Both the position numbers and the translations under genes were made by a program. Below are positions 1 through 10,190 of a stretch of 64,000 bases of DNA, piece by piece; positions within the stretch are counted from its first letter, which is position 1, and the number at the start of each line of letters is the position of its first letter. Under the pieces are notes generated by a model. It worked only from the letters and a program-made list of their open reading frames with translations. It was not told where the DNA came from and made no database searches. The DNA comes from an uncultured Thermoleophilaceae bacterium. Lineage in GTDB: Bacteria > Actinomycetota > Thermoleophilia > Solirubrobacterales > Thermoleophilaceae. The DNA lies in the NCBI GenBank assembly GCA_963848495.1, contig CAWKDV010000003.1, positions 155,057 through 219,056 on the forward strand. Reading direction: 5' to 3'.

Positions 1-1
1 G

Positions 2-124
2 CAGGTGGCGGACCCCTACAACCGCATCTTCGAGTCGCACGAGGGCAACAACGCCTCGGCGACGTTCATCAGCCTCCCTTCGGGGAAGGTGCTGGGGCAC
101 CGCGTGGCGTTCTCACTGCCGTAG
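2..124 (+). CDS. 3' end of an unidentified CDS (partial, runs in from the window edge)
   Basis: Open frame from the edge to TAG at 122-124 with G/C-dominated third codon positions. The tail reads ...GKVLGHRVAFSLP. No family recognised. Confidence 0.35.
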   Translation, partial: QVADPYNRIFESHEGNNASATFISLPSGKVLGHRVAFSLP

Positions 125-1030
125 CACCACCTTGCCCGTGATCCTCCGCTCGCGCAGAGCGGCCAGCGCCTCGCGCAGGTCCCCCACCTCGTAGGTCTCG
201 CGCCTCACCTCCAGGCGCCCGTCATCCACCATGCGCGCCAGCGCGCCGAGGTCTTGGCCGAAGGTCTCCTCCCCGGTCGCGTAAACGTAGAACCCGATCA
301 GCCTGCCGAGCGGCGCCCCGCTGAAGTCGTTGAACATCAGAGGCGTGGGCTCGCGGCCGCCGGCCAGGCCGTAGGCCACCACGGCGCCGCCGGGCGCGAG
401 CCGGTGGATAGCGTCGCGCAGCAAGCCGCCGCCGACGCCGTCCACCACCAGGTGGAAGCGGTCGATCTCGCCGCCCAGCTCGGTCACGACCGCGTGCGCG
501 CCGAGCGCCCGGGCCAGCTCCACGCGCGCCGGCCCGCTGACCAGCGCGGTGACGTCGGCGCCCGCCGCGCGTGCAAGCTGCACCGCGAACTCCCCCACGC
601 CGCCTGTCGCGCCGGTGATCAGCACGCGCCTGCCGAGCAGCGCGCCGCCGCAGCGCAGCGCGCGCAGAGCGGTGAGGCCCGCCACGGGCAGCGCCGCGGC
701 ATCCTCGAAGCTCACCCCGGCGGGCAGCTCGGCGAGGCGGTGGCTCGGCACGGCCACGAGCTCGGACCAGGCGCCCCCGTCCGCCAGGCCCACGACGCGC
801 GCGCCGGCGGGCGGGCCGCTGCCGTCGGCCGCCTGGGCCTCCACCACGCCGGCGTGATCCTGGCCCGGCAGCCAGCCCTCGGTGCGTTCCGGGAGCAGCC
901 TCAGCTCGCCGCGGTTCACCGCCATGGCGCGCACGCGCACGAGCGCGTCGTGGTCGCCCGGCTGCGGATCCGGCAGCTCGCGGCGGTCGAGACCGCCCGG
1001 CGCCTGCGCATCCGTGACGTAGCCGAGCAC
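113..1030 (-). CDS. NADPH:quinone oxidoreductase-like zinc-type (MDR) alcohol dehydrogenase family protein
   Basis: The C-terminal ~300 aa of the 528-aa ORF show an MDR pattern (VLITGATGGVGEFAVQLA Rossmann motif, ...RITGKVVLR tail). The upstream part of the ORF is Arg/Gly-rich junk. GTG at 1030 gives 305 aa. Confidence 0.8.
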   Translation of the reverse strand: MLGYVTDAQAPGGLDRRELPDPQPGDHDALVRVRAMAVNRGELRLLPERTEGWLPGQDHAGVVEAQAADGSGPPAGARVVGLADGGAWSELVAVPSHRLAELPAGVSFEDAAALPVAGLTALRALRCGGALLGRRVLITGATGGVGEFAVQLARAAGADVTALVSGPARVELARALGAHAVVTELGGEIDRFHLVVDGVGGGLLRDAIHRLAPGGAVVAYGLAGGREPTPLMFNDFSGAPLGRLIGFYVYATGEETFGQDLGALARMVDDGRLEVRRETYEVGDLREALAALRERRITGKVVLRQ

Positions 1031-1096
1031 GCCGGGAGTGTTGCACCAGATCTTGCAGCGGTAAGAGCTGCACCCGGGTTGGGCGAAGAACACCGT

Positions 1097-1714
1097 GTGC
1101 AATCCCTCCTGCGCACACTGCTGGCCGCTGCCGTGCTCGCGGCCTTCCCCTCCGCCGCGCTGGCCTCGAACGGCGGCGCGACCCCGCCCGAGGGCGACGG
1201 CATGACGCCCGTCAGCGGCGGTGTGACCCCTGGCTCGCTGCCGCTTCCGGCGCCACCGTCCCCCACGCCTGCACCCACGCCCTCGCCCACGCCGGGTCCG
1301 ATGGCCACCGGCAGCGTCGCGCTGTTCGGCGCGATCGCCCGTGCGCCCGAGGGGGCGCCGCCCGTGATCGCGGCCGCCGTGGCCGCCGCCAACCGCCTGC
1401 GCCACAAGCCCTACCGCTTCGGCGGCGGGCACAGGAGCTTCAGCGACTCGGCCTACGACTGCTCCGGCGCGGTCAGCTACGTACTGCACGGCGCCGGCCT
1501 GCTCGAGTCGCCGCTCGACTCGACCGGCTTCAAGCACTGGGGCCAGGCCGGCAAGGGCGCGTGGATCACGATCTACGCGAACAAGAGCCACGCCTTCATG
1601 GTCATCGGCGGCATGCGCTTCGACACGAGCGGCCCCGGCCCCCCGGGCCCGCGCTGGCGCGCGCTGCCCCGCTCGCTCCACGGCTTCGTGGTGCGCCACC
1701 CCGCCGGCCTGTAG
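1097..1714 (+). CDS. Secreted NlpC/P60 (C40 peptidase)-like protein with Pro-rich linker
   Basis: GTG start is followed by a signal-peptide-like VQSLLRTLLAAAVLAAFPSAALA, then a PAPPSPTPAPTPSPTP linker. The catalytic-Cys context YDCSGAVSYVLH is typical of NlpC/P60. Confidence 0.7.
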   Translation: MQSLLRTLLAAAVLAAFPSAALASNGGATPPEGDGMTPVSGGVTPGSLPLPAPPSPTPAPTPSPTPGPMATGSVALFGAIARAPEGAPPVIAAAVAAANRLRHKPYRFGGGHRSFSDSAYDCSGAVSYVLHGAGLLESPLDSTGFKHWGQAGKGAWITIYANKSHAFMVIGGMRFDTSGPGPPGPRWRALPRSLHGFVVRHPAGL

Positions 1715-1858
1715 GGCCCGGTCGCGACCGGACGCCGGCCTGGATTTCCACCGCTATGCGGTGACTAGGCAGGACGGCGCGTATGAGACCGGCTTCGGGC
1801 CGCCCTTATTGCCCAAACGAGGGAGGGCGAGGGAGTCGGCGCGGTGCCCGTCGCCGGG

Positions 1859-4096
1859 CTAAAGAAGGTCGGCGATGCGCTGAGCCGCCTTGGCGGCGCC
1901 GTCGGCCTCGACATCGCGGTATGCGACTTCGCGGTCGATCTCCTCGGCGATCGCCGCGGCGATTTGCGCTGGCGGGCAGTCATCGAAGTCCATGCGCCTA
2001 CCCGCGCCGTAGCGCTCGAGCCGGTGGGCGACGTGAAAGTTCTGCTCGAAGTGGTGGCGCAGCGGGAAGTACAAGAACGGGCGCTTGTGCGCGGTGAGCT
2101 CCATCGCAGTGGTGAGTCCACCTTGCACCACCGCCAGGTCGCAGGCGCCGAGGTGGCGGTAGAGGTTGTGGACGTAAGGCACCACCTCGAGCCCGGCGTG
2201 CGAGGGCAGCCAGGCGGGGTCGATGCGCGGTCCCGCCACGACGATCATGCGTAAAGTCGGGACGCGCTCTCTGGCCTGGGGAAAGGCTGCGATGACGCGC
2301 CGGAGGAGGTCCGCGCCGACACCCGAACCTCCCACTGTGACGATGCAGACGCGCTCGTCGTCGCCGTATCCGAGCTGGGCGCGCAGGTTGCCGCGGCCCG
2401 CCGCGTCAGAGGGGTCGAAGCCAGTGACGTACCCCGTGAAGTCGAAGTGGCGCTCGGTCCAGTCGCGAATCGTCGGTAGCTGGGGCCCGAGCCGCTCCGG
2501 GACGATGTCCTCGGGGTTCCCGACGAACAGAGCCCTGTCGCGGACCTCAGGGTGGTGGGCGATGTGGTCGACCATGTCGGCGTTGTAGTCGGCGGTTAGG
2601 AACCGCTCGTGCTCGCTGCTGTCGCGCATCGGTAGGAAGCCGACGAAGTCGGTCAGCCACACGAATGGCGCGCGCTTCTCGCTCGGGTTCTCGTGCAGGT
2701 AGTAATCGAGCTCCCATGCCTCGTCCCCGATCCACAACTCGTAGCGTTGGTCGCGCACGACGTCGTGGAACAGCATGAAATTGGCGGCGAGGATCTCGTC
2801 CATCCGTCGCAGCGCCTGAAAGCAGTGCAGGTCGTGCTCGGCTGACTCCGATTCGATGTGGCGCGACTCGTTGGCCAGATGCCGGCTGGCGGGATGGATC
2901 TGCTCGCCTTCTGCTTCAAGCACGCGGGTTACCGGGTCCTGGGCGAGCCAGTCGATCTGGAGGTCGGGATGCAGACAGCGCAGCTCGCGGGCGATTGCGA
3001 CGTCTCGCTGCGCGTGGCCGAGTCCGATCGGCGAGGAGATGTATAGGGCGCGCGGGCGGCCGTCGGGCCGGTAGACGGTGGGGTCTGGCCGAGTCCGCCG
3101 TCGCCCGAAGGTGTCCTCGCAGAAGTCGCGTAGGGCAAGGTTGACCTGCACCGGCTTGCGAGCGTGCGGAAAGTGTCCGGCGCTCCTGACCAGCTCCAGC
3201 CTCCCTCGAGCTAGACGCGCCAGCGCGCGGCCGTCGCGCAATGGCGTGATCCGGTCGCGGTTACCGTGGATCACGGACACCGGACAGTCGATGCTCTCCG
3301 CAAGTGCGCGGAGCGTGCGGCGATCGCCGAGCGACTCCCCACGTGCCGTCGCGATCAGCGTTTCGGGATCGGTGTCCAGTGCCCATCCGACACCGTCCTC
3401 GATCGCCTTGGTCGAGTGCGGCTCAGGAAGACATCGCGAGATGAACCACTCAGCGAACTCCGAGTAATCCTGCCTCCAGTGCTCGGCGTTCATCCGCCCC
3501 CACCAGCGGTACACGCCGGGCTTGTCGAACGACCATGCGACGTGCGGATTCAGCAGCACCGACCAGTGGGACGGTGTGTACGGGAACATCGGAGCGATGA
3601 ACGCCGCGCCGGCGACTCGCTCGGGAGCCAGCCGCGCGAGCTCGAGCAGGAACTGCGCGCCCCGCGAGAGGCACACCATCACGGCGCGCGGCGTGCCGCT
3701 CGCGTCCATCACTGCCAGGCAATCGCGGGCGAACTCGACGGGCCGATAACGGTGTGGATCCCGGCAGCGATCCGAGCGTCCGTTGCCGAGGCCATCCATC
3801 GCCAGCACCCGAAAATGCCGCGCGACATACGGGATCTGCATCTTCCAATGGCGCGAATGAATCAGCGACCACGTCGGCATGAGGAAGACGGTCTCATCGC
3901 CGTCGCCATACACCTCGTAGAACAGTCGCTGACCGGCGCGCTCAACGAAGCCCTCCGCATCGGGACAACGAGCTCGGCTCTGCTCTCCCCCGCGACCAGT
4001 TGGAAAACTGGCGTCCCTTCTGGCAAGCGGCTCGGTGATCGCGTTCACGCCTAGCCTCCTCGAGTGAATTAAGTCAGCATCGCTCGCCGCGAGCAA
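1859..4096 (-). CDS. Fusion protein: N-terminal alpha/beta hydrolase plus C-terminal GT1/MGT-like glycosyltransferase
   Basis: Residues ~50-330 look like an alpha/beta-hydrolase fold (VFLMPTWSLIHSRHW, MDGLGNGRSD, SAGHFPH). Residues ~350-745 look like a GT-B glycosyltransferase (SSPIGLGHAQRDVAIAREL, VTVGGSGVG, QGGLTTAMEL). The exact start is uncertain. Confidence 0.7.
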   Translation of the reverse strand: MLAASDADLIHSRRLGVNAITEPLARRDASFPTGRGGEQSRARCPDAEGFVERAGQRLFYEVYGDGDETVFLMPTWSLIHSRHWKMQIPYVARHFRVLAMDGLGNGRSDRCRDPHRYRPVEFARDCLAVMDASGTPRAVMVCLSRGAQFLLELARLAPERVAGAAFIAPMFPYTPSHWSVLLNPHVAWSFDKPGVYRWWGRMNAEHWRQDYSEFAEWFISRCLPEPHSTKAIEDGVGWALDTDPETLIATARGESLGDRRTLRALAESIDCPVSVIHGNRDRITPLRDGRALARLARGRLELVRSAGHFPHARKPVQVNLALRDFCEDTFGRRRTRPDPTVYRPDGRPRALYISSPIGLGHAQRDVAIARELRCLHPDLQIDWLAQDPVTRVLEAEGEQIHPASRHLANESRHIESESAEHDLHCFQALRRMDEILAANFMLFHDVVRDQRYELWIGDEAWELDYYLHENPSEKRAPFVWLTDFVGFLPMRDSSEHERFLTADYNADMVDHIAHHPEVRDRALFVGNPEDIVPERLGPQLPTIRDWTERHFDFTGYVTGFDPSDAAGRGNLRAQLGYGDDERVCIVTVGGSGVGADLLRRVIAAFPQARERVPTLRMIVVAGPRIDPAWLPSHAGLEVVPYVHNLYRHLGACDLAVVQGGLTTAMELTAHKRPFLYFPLRHHFEQNFHVAHRLERYGAGRRMDFDDCPPAQIAAAIAEEIDREVAYRDVEADGAAKAAQRIADLL

Positions 4097-4243
4097 GTGG
4101 TACGACCGAGCCTACGACTGCCCGGTCGCCATCGCCTCAGGGGGGCACCTGGTGTTCTCGCCCAAACCCGGAGCGAAAGCGGGCCGCCTGTCATCGACTT
4201 GACTGTGAGCTCCAAAGGTCGCCCCCAACGGTAGCCTCGGCGG

Positions 4244-4821
4244 GTGTTCGACCACGTCGCCATCGCCGTCTCGGACCTGGCCGCGTCCGAGCGTTTCTAC
4301 CGCATCGTGCTCTCCGTGCTGGGCGTCGAGCCCAGCCACGCGGACACCGAGCTCGTCGAGTGGGAGGACTGGGACATCGGGCCCACCGACCGCGAGCACG
4401 CGGTGACCCGCGGCCTGCACATCGGTTTCCGCGCGCCGACCCGCGAGGCCGTGGACGCCTTCTGGCAGACGGGGATCGACGCCGGCTTCCGCGACGACGG
4501 CGCGCCCGGACCGCGCGCGATCTACGGACCCGACTACTACGGCGGCTTCCTGCTCGACCCGGACGGCAACAGCGCCGAGGCCGTGCACAACGAGCGGTCG
4601 AGCCCGGCGCCCCCCGGCCGAGTCGACCACCTGTGGATCCGCGTCGCCGACCTCGAGGCCTCCAAGCGCTTCTACGCGACGATCACGCCGCCGCGCTCGC
4701 CGCCGGATACGAGGACCACGGCGGGCCCGGCGAGCGCGCCGTCTACCACCCGGGCTACTACGGCGCGTTCGTCCTCGACCCCGACGGGCACAACGTCGAG
4801 GTCGTCAACCACAATTGCTGA
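4244..4821 (+). pseudogene. Two-domain VOC (glyoxalase/bleomycin-resistance) family gene with an out-of-frame internal deletion in domain 2
   Basis: Domain 1 is intact ([12 protein letters not shown]...[17 protein letters not shown]). Domain 2 starts in the same frame ([21 protein letters not shown]). Its conserved end ([40 protein letters not shown], stop 4821) is in the frame of the 4360 ORF. About 40-50 aa of the domain core are missing, and the frames switch near 4680-4690. Confidence 0.5.
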
Positions 4822-4828
4822 GCGTCGG

Positions 4829-5275
4829 CTACCTCGCGCAGGTCGTGCAGCTGCCGTGCAGCACGATCTCGTGGTCCGAGACCTCGAACGGCACCCGCTT
4901 GCTGAGGTCGTGGATCGTCTGCTCGAGCTCCTCGTCGGCGAACGGGACCAGGCGGCCGCAGCGGTCGCAGACGAGGTGGTGGTGATGGCCGTGCTCCCCG
5001 CGGCTGGCCTCGTAGCGCACCACGCCCTGGCCGGTCTCGACGCGCTGCACGAGCCGCAGCCGCTCGAGCTGGTCGAGGATGCGGTAGATGCTGGCGCGGC
5101 CCACGGCGCGGTCGCCGTCCCGCAGCGCGTCCTCGATGTCGAAGGCCGACAGCGCGCAGTGCTCCCGGTCGAGCAGCTCGAGTACGGCCTTGCGGGCCGC
5201 GCCGCGCCGGTAGCCGGCGGCCGCAAGCTGGCTCGCGGCGTGCTCCGCCCAGGTGTCCTCGCCGCTGTGCCTCAC
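4829..5275 (-). CDS. zur: Fur-family metalloregulator, probably Zur
   Basis: Fur-family winged helix plus HHHHLVC..C and C..C metal sites (GHHHHLVCDRCG, HGSCTTC). The GTG start overlaps the stop of the upstream permease (GTGA). It is the last gene of the ABC-3 metal uptake operon. Confidence 0.8.
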   Translation of the reverse strand: MRHSGEDTWAEHAASQLAAAGYRRGAARKAVLELLDREHCALSAFDIEDALRDGDRAVGRASIYRILDQLERLRLVQRVETGQGVVRYEASRGEHGHHHHLVCDRCGRLVPFADEELEQTIHDLSKRVPFEVSDHEIVLHGSCTTCAR

Positions 5276-6105
5276 GCGTTCGATTCTATGGTCGGGCGAC
5301 GGCGGCCTTTCAGGATCACCGCCGCCAGGTAGGCCGCCACGGCCACGAAGACGATCGCCGAGCTGGGCGGCAGCGGGTGGATCGCGTAGCTGAGCGTGAG
5401 GCCGATCCAGGTCGAGCCGACGGCGATCGCCGCCGAGGAGGCCAGGCCGGCCCACGGGTTCGCGCTGAGCAGGTAGGCGGCGCCGGCGGGCGCGGCCAGC
5501 AGGCCGAGCAGGAGCATCGCGCCGACAGCCTGCGTGCCCTCGCCGGCCACCACTCCGAGCAGCACCAGGAACGCGAGGCCGAGCCGCCGCACCGGCACCC
5601 CGCCGCCCTCGGCCACGCCCGGGTCGACCGAGGAGAACAGGAGCGGCCGCGCGATCAGGAGCAGCGCAACGACGGTCGCCGCGCCGATCGCCGCCGCCAG
5701 CCAGGCGTCGCCCGCCGACAGCCCGAAGATCGACCCGAAGAGCACACGCACGCCGGCCGCCCCGTTGCCGTTGCCGCTGGAGCTCGTGGTGAAGATCGAC
5801 AGGAAGAGCACGCCGAGGCCCAGCACCCAGGCGAACACCGAGCCGATCACGGCGTCGTCCGCCCGCGCCCGGTCGCCGGCGGCGCCCATGCCCAGGGCGA
5901 CCGCCAGGGTCGCGGCGAAGAGACCCAGGCGCAGGTCGATGCCGGCGGCCGCTGCCGCCAGCGCCCCGGTGAACGCAACGTGGCTGAGCGCGTCGCCCGC
6001 GAAGACCTGCGTGCGCAGCACGAGGAAATAGCCCACGAGGCCGGAGGCCAGCGCGATGAAGGTGCCGGCAAGGAACGCGTTGCGCATGAACTCGTGGCCG
6101 AGCAT
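5272..6105 (-). CDS. Metal ABC transporter permease (ABC-3 family, ZnuB/MntD-like)
   Basis: Polytopic hydrophobic protein of 277 aa, paralogous to the adjacent permease, in operon with a TroA-like binding protein and an ATPase. Confidence 0.85.
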   Translation of the reverse strand: MLGHEFMRNAFLAGTFIALASGLVGYFLVLRTQVFAGDALSHVAFTGALAAAAAGIDLRLGLFAATLAVALGMGAAGDRARADDAVIGSVFAWVLGLGVLFLSIFTTSSSGNGNGAAGVRVLFGSIFGLSAGDAWLAAAIGAATVVALLLIARPLLFSSVDPGVAEGGGVPVRRLGLAFLVLLGVVAGEGTQAVGAMLLLGLLAAPAGAAYLLSANPWAGLASSAAIAVGSTWIGLTLSYAIHPLPPSSAIVFVAVAAYLAAVILKGRRRPTIESNA

Positions 6106-6915
6106 CAGCGCCCCACGAGCGCCCGCCAGGCCCGCGCCAGCACGTAGGCGCCGAACGACAGCGACGTGACGTAGAAGCCGACGGGGTAGACGGAGTAGTA
6201 GGCGATCCAGAGGCCGATCCAGGTCACCGCCAGCGCGATCGCGAGCGATAGCGCCAGGCTGAGCCCGGGCCGCTGCGTGAGCACCTGGGCGGTGGCGGGC
6301 GGCGTGACGAGCAGGGCGAACACGAGCAGCGCGCCCGTGATCTGGCTGGTGGCGGCCACGGCCAGCCCCAGCAGAACGAGAAAGCCGGTGCCGAGCAGGG
6401 CGACCGGCACGCCGCCGGCGCCGGCCACCTCGCCATCCACGGAGGCGAAGAAGAGCGGGCGGCCGATGGCCACGAGCACGGCCACCACCACGGCCGCCGC
6501 CGCGGCGAGCACGAGCACCTGCCCGTCGGTGATGCCGAGGAAGGTGCCGAACAGGAGCGAGTCGAGCCCGTTCAGGAGCCCGTGGTAGAGGCCGACGAAC
6601 AGGAAGCCGCAGCCGAGCGCCACGGCCTGGACCGCGCCGATGGCGGCCGACTCCTCGCTGAGGCCGCCGGCGCCGCCGTCCCCCGAGACCCGCGAGAGCA
6701 CCAGCCCACCGGCCATGCAGGCGCCGAAGTAGCCCACGAAAGCGGGCGCGCCGGCCAGCGCCGCGGCCGCCGCGCCCGGGAACGCGATCACCGACAGGGT
6801 GTGACCCGCGAACGTCTGGCGGCGCACGACCATGAACCAGCCGATCAGCGAGGCGATCACAGCGACCAGCGTGCCGGCCAGCAGCGCGTTGACCATGAAG
6901 TGGTAGCGAAAGAGG

Positions 6916-6926
<11 letters not shown>
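6105..6926 (-). CDS. Metal ABC transporter permease (ABC-3 family, ZnuB/MntC-like)
   Basis: Polytopic protein of 273 aa with an ABC-3 type N-terminus (FMVNALLAGTLVA). Its 1-nt stop/start junction with the next permease suggests translational coupling. Confidence 0.85.
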
Positions 6927-7742
<816 letters not shown>

Positions 7743-7746
<4 letters not shown>

Positions 7747-8624
7747 CGCCCCAGCGCCTGGTCGATTTCGAGGAGCTGCCGCGCCTGCCACTGCTGGAAG
7801 CTGGCCGAGGCCGGCGTGAGCGTCTCGGTGACGGTGGCGACCGGGATGCCGGCGGAGCGCGCCTCACTCGTCAGACGCTGCACGTCCGGCGTCGAGTTCT
7901 GGCTGTTGTAGACCCACAGCCTGATCTGCCCGTCGCTGATCTGGCGGTCCACCGTGGTCTTGTCGGCGGCCGTGGGCTCGGTGCCCTCGCTCACCGCGTT
8001 CAGCAGCCCGGACGGCGTGACCAGCCGCAGACCGAGGCTCTGCGCCAGCGGCTCGAAGATGCTCTCCGACGCGCCCACCGGCGTGCCGGCGAAGCGCTCG
8101 CGGATCGACGCGATCAGCGCCCGGTAGCGCGCGAGGCCCTGCGTCTCGAGCTTCGTCCTCTGCGCCCGGTAATAGGCGGCGTGCCTCGGGTCGAGCCGCT
8201 CATAGTCGGCCTCGAGCCGGTCGATCACCCGCTGCACGTCGCCCGGCGAGTACCAGCGGTGAGGATTGCCGCCGCTCCGAACGCCCACAAGCTTGCCCAC
8301 GTCGAGCACCACCCGGCCACCGACCGGGTTGGCGTCGAGCAGCTTCGGCGCCCACGGGTCGTAGCCCACGCCGTTGACGATCGCCAGCTTGGCGATCGCC
8401 ATCCGCCGCGCGTCGGCGGCGGTGGGCTCGTAGTCGTGCGGATCGGTGGCCGGCTCGTGGACGATGCTCGTGACCTGCACACGGTCGCCCCCGAGCTGAG
8501 CCGCCAGGCTGCCCCAGAAGTTCTCTGCGGCCACGACCTGGAGCTTGTGCGGATCGGCCCCGACGGCGCTCGTGCAGCCCGCCACGGCCAGCGTCAGGAG
8601 CAGCGCGATGAGGAGCTTGGCCAT
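7743..8624 (-). CDS. Metal ABC transporter substrate-binding lipoprotein (TroA/ZnuA family)
   Basis: Lipobox LAVAGCTS and a cluster-9 binding-protein pattern (DPHDYEPT, NPHRW). First gene of the operon. Confidence 0.85.
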
Positions 8625-8637
8625 GGCCGGCCAAGCC

Positions 8638-8662
8638 TAACAAAACGAGACTGGTTCTCGTT
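8638..8662 (-). terminator. Hairpin plus U-run after the DsbA-like gene, also placed 20 nt upstream of the znuA-like start
   Basis: The minus-strand RNA reads AACGAGA-ACCAG-UCUCGUU followed by UUGUUA, a 7-bp stem. The same 7-5-7 palindrome could also be an operator. Confidence 0.4.
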
Positions 8663-8663
8663 A

Positions 8664-9452
8664 TTAGGTCTTCGGCTGGACCGCGGCGATCGCCTTCTGG
8701 AACTGCGAGTAGCTCGCGTTCCCCACGATCGCCTGCGACGGGAACTTCGGCCCCTTCACGACGAACGACGGCGTCGAGTTGAAGCCAAGGGTGGCGGCGG
8801 CTGACTGATCGGCGCCCACCTGCGCCTCGAGGGCCGCGTCGCTGCGGTCCTTGGTCCAGGTGGCGAAGTCGAGGCCCGGAATCGATTTCGCCAGGTTGTT
8901 CAGGAAGTCGCTGGTGACGTAGCCCGAGCCCTCCGGGCCCTGGTTGCGGTAGAACAGCTCGACGTAGTTCCAGAGCTTGTTCTGCTTGCCCCCGGCCAGC
9001 GCCGCCACGGACTGCGTCTTGAAGGTGCTGACGTCGCCGGTGGCCGTCTGCAGGTTGCGGAAGACCATCTTCACCTTGCCCGAGCGGATCTCGTTGGCCA
9101 CGAGCTGGTTGAAGGTCGACGTGGCGAAGTCCCGGCAGATCGGGCACTGCAGGTCCGCGTACTCGGTGATCGTCACCGGCGCGCTGGCCTGGCCGAGCGT
9201 GGTGCCGGACTGCGGGATGCCGGTGAGCTCGGCCGTGACCGCACGGGCACCGGCCTCGCCACCCGCCGTGTTCTTCGACTTGCCGCCGCCCGAGCCGACC
9301 GCGATCACGATCGCCACAACGGCCACGGCAGCGAGCAAACCGCCGCCGAGCATGTAGATGCGCCGCTTGCGCGACTGGGCAGCCGCCGCCGCTGCCTCGC
9401 GCGCCTGCCGCTCCGCGCGCAGCTGTGCGCGCTTGCCTGTTCGGCTCGACAT
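8664..9452 (-). CDS. DsbA-family thiol:disulfide oxidoreductase, membrane anchored
   Basis: N-terminal TM segment and the thioredoxin active site CPICRDF. Paralogous to the next gene. Confidence 0.8.
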   Translation of the reverse strand: MSSRTGKRAQLRAERQAREAAAAAAQSRKRRIYMLGGGLLAAVAVVAIVIAVGSGGGKSKNTAGGEAGARAVTAELTGIPQSGTTLGQASAPVTITEYADLQCPICRDFATSTFNQLVANEIRSGKVKMVFRNLQTATGDVSTFKTQSVAALAGGKQNKLWNYVELFYRNQGPEGSGYVTSDFLNNLAKSIPGLDFATWTKDRSDAALEAQVGADQSAAATLGFNSTPSFVVKGPKFPSQAIVGNASYSQFQKAIAAVQPKT

Positions 9453-9482
9453 GGCCCTGATGCTAGAGAACGGGCGGGCCGT

Positions 9483-10190
9483 TCATCCCCGCAGGGCCGA
9501 ATCGATCTGTTTCTCGAAGTCGCCGAGCGAGGACGGGTGGATCCTCACCGGCTGCTGCCCGGTCCTCCCGAGCAGGAACGAGGGCGTGGACTTCACGCCG
9601 AAGCGCGAGGCCTCGGACTTCGCCTCGGCCAGCAGCGCGGCGACCTGCGGGCTGGCGGCGTCGCGGCCCACGCGCGCCACGTCCAGTCCCGCCGCGGTGG
9701 TCACGCCGCGCAGGAACTTGCCGCGCACGTAGCCCGAGTTCTCGCCGCCCTGGTTGGCGTAGAAGACGTCGACGAACTGCCAGAGCCGGTTCTGGAGCGA
9801 GGCGGCGCCGGCCGCACGGGCGGCGATCACGGAGTCGGCGCCGATGAAGTCGAGGTTGCGGAAGACGATCCGCAGCTTGCCCGCGCGCACGTAGCGCTGC
9901 ACGAGCTGCGGCCACTGCTTGCGCGAGAAGTCGCGGCAGAACGGGCACTGGAGATCGGCGAACTCGGTGAGCGTCAGCGGCGCAGCGGGATCGCCGAGCG
10001 CGAGCCCCTGCTGCGGGATCCCGGCGAGCAGCGTGTTGGCCGTGCGGGCGTCGGCCGCGAGCTTCTGCGGGCTCGGCGCCTTTGTCGAGCGGCTGAAGCC
10101 GATGGCGATCAGGAGCACGATCAGCACGACCACCGAGCTGGCCCCGGCCAGCCAGATCCCGCGCCTGCGCTGCTCGCTCACCGAAGCCAC
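9483..10190 (-). CDS. DsbA-family thiol:disulfide oxidoreductase, membrane anchored
   Basis: N-terminal TM segment and active site CPFCRDF. Shares blocks such as FRNL, LW.FV..FY.NQG.E.SGYV with 8664-9452. Confidence 0.8.
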   Translation of the reverse strand: MASVSEQRRRGIWLAGASSVVVLIVLLIAIGFSRSTKAPSPQKLAADARTANTLLAGIPQQGLALGDPAAPLTLTEFADLQCPFCRDFSRKQWPQLVQRYVRAGKLRIVFRNLDFIGADSVIAARAAGAASLQNRLWQFVDVFYANQGGENSGYVRGKFLRGVTTAAGLDVARVGRDAASPQVAALLAEAKSEASRFGVKSTPSFLLGRTGQQPVRIHPSSLGDFEKQIDSALRG

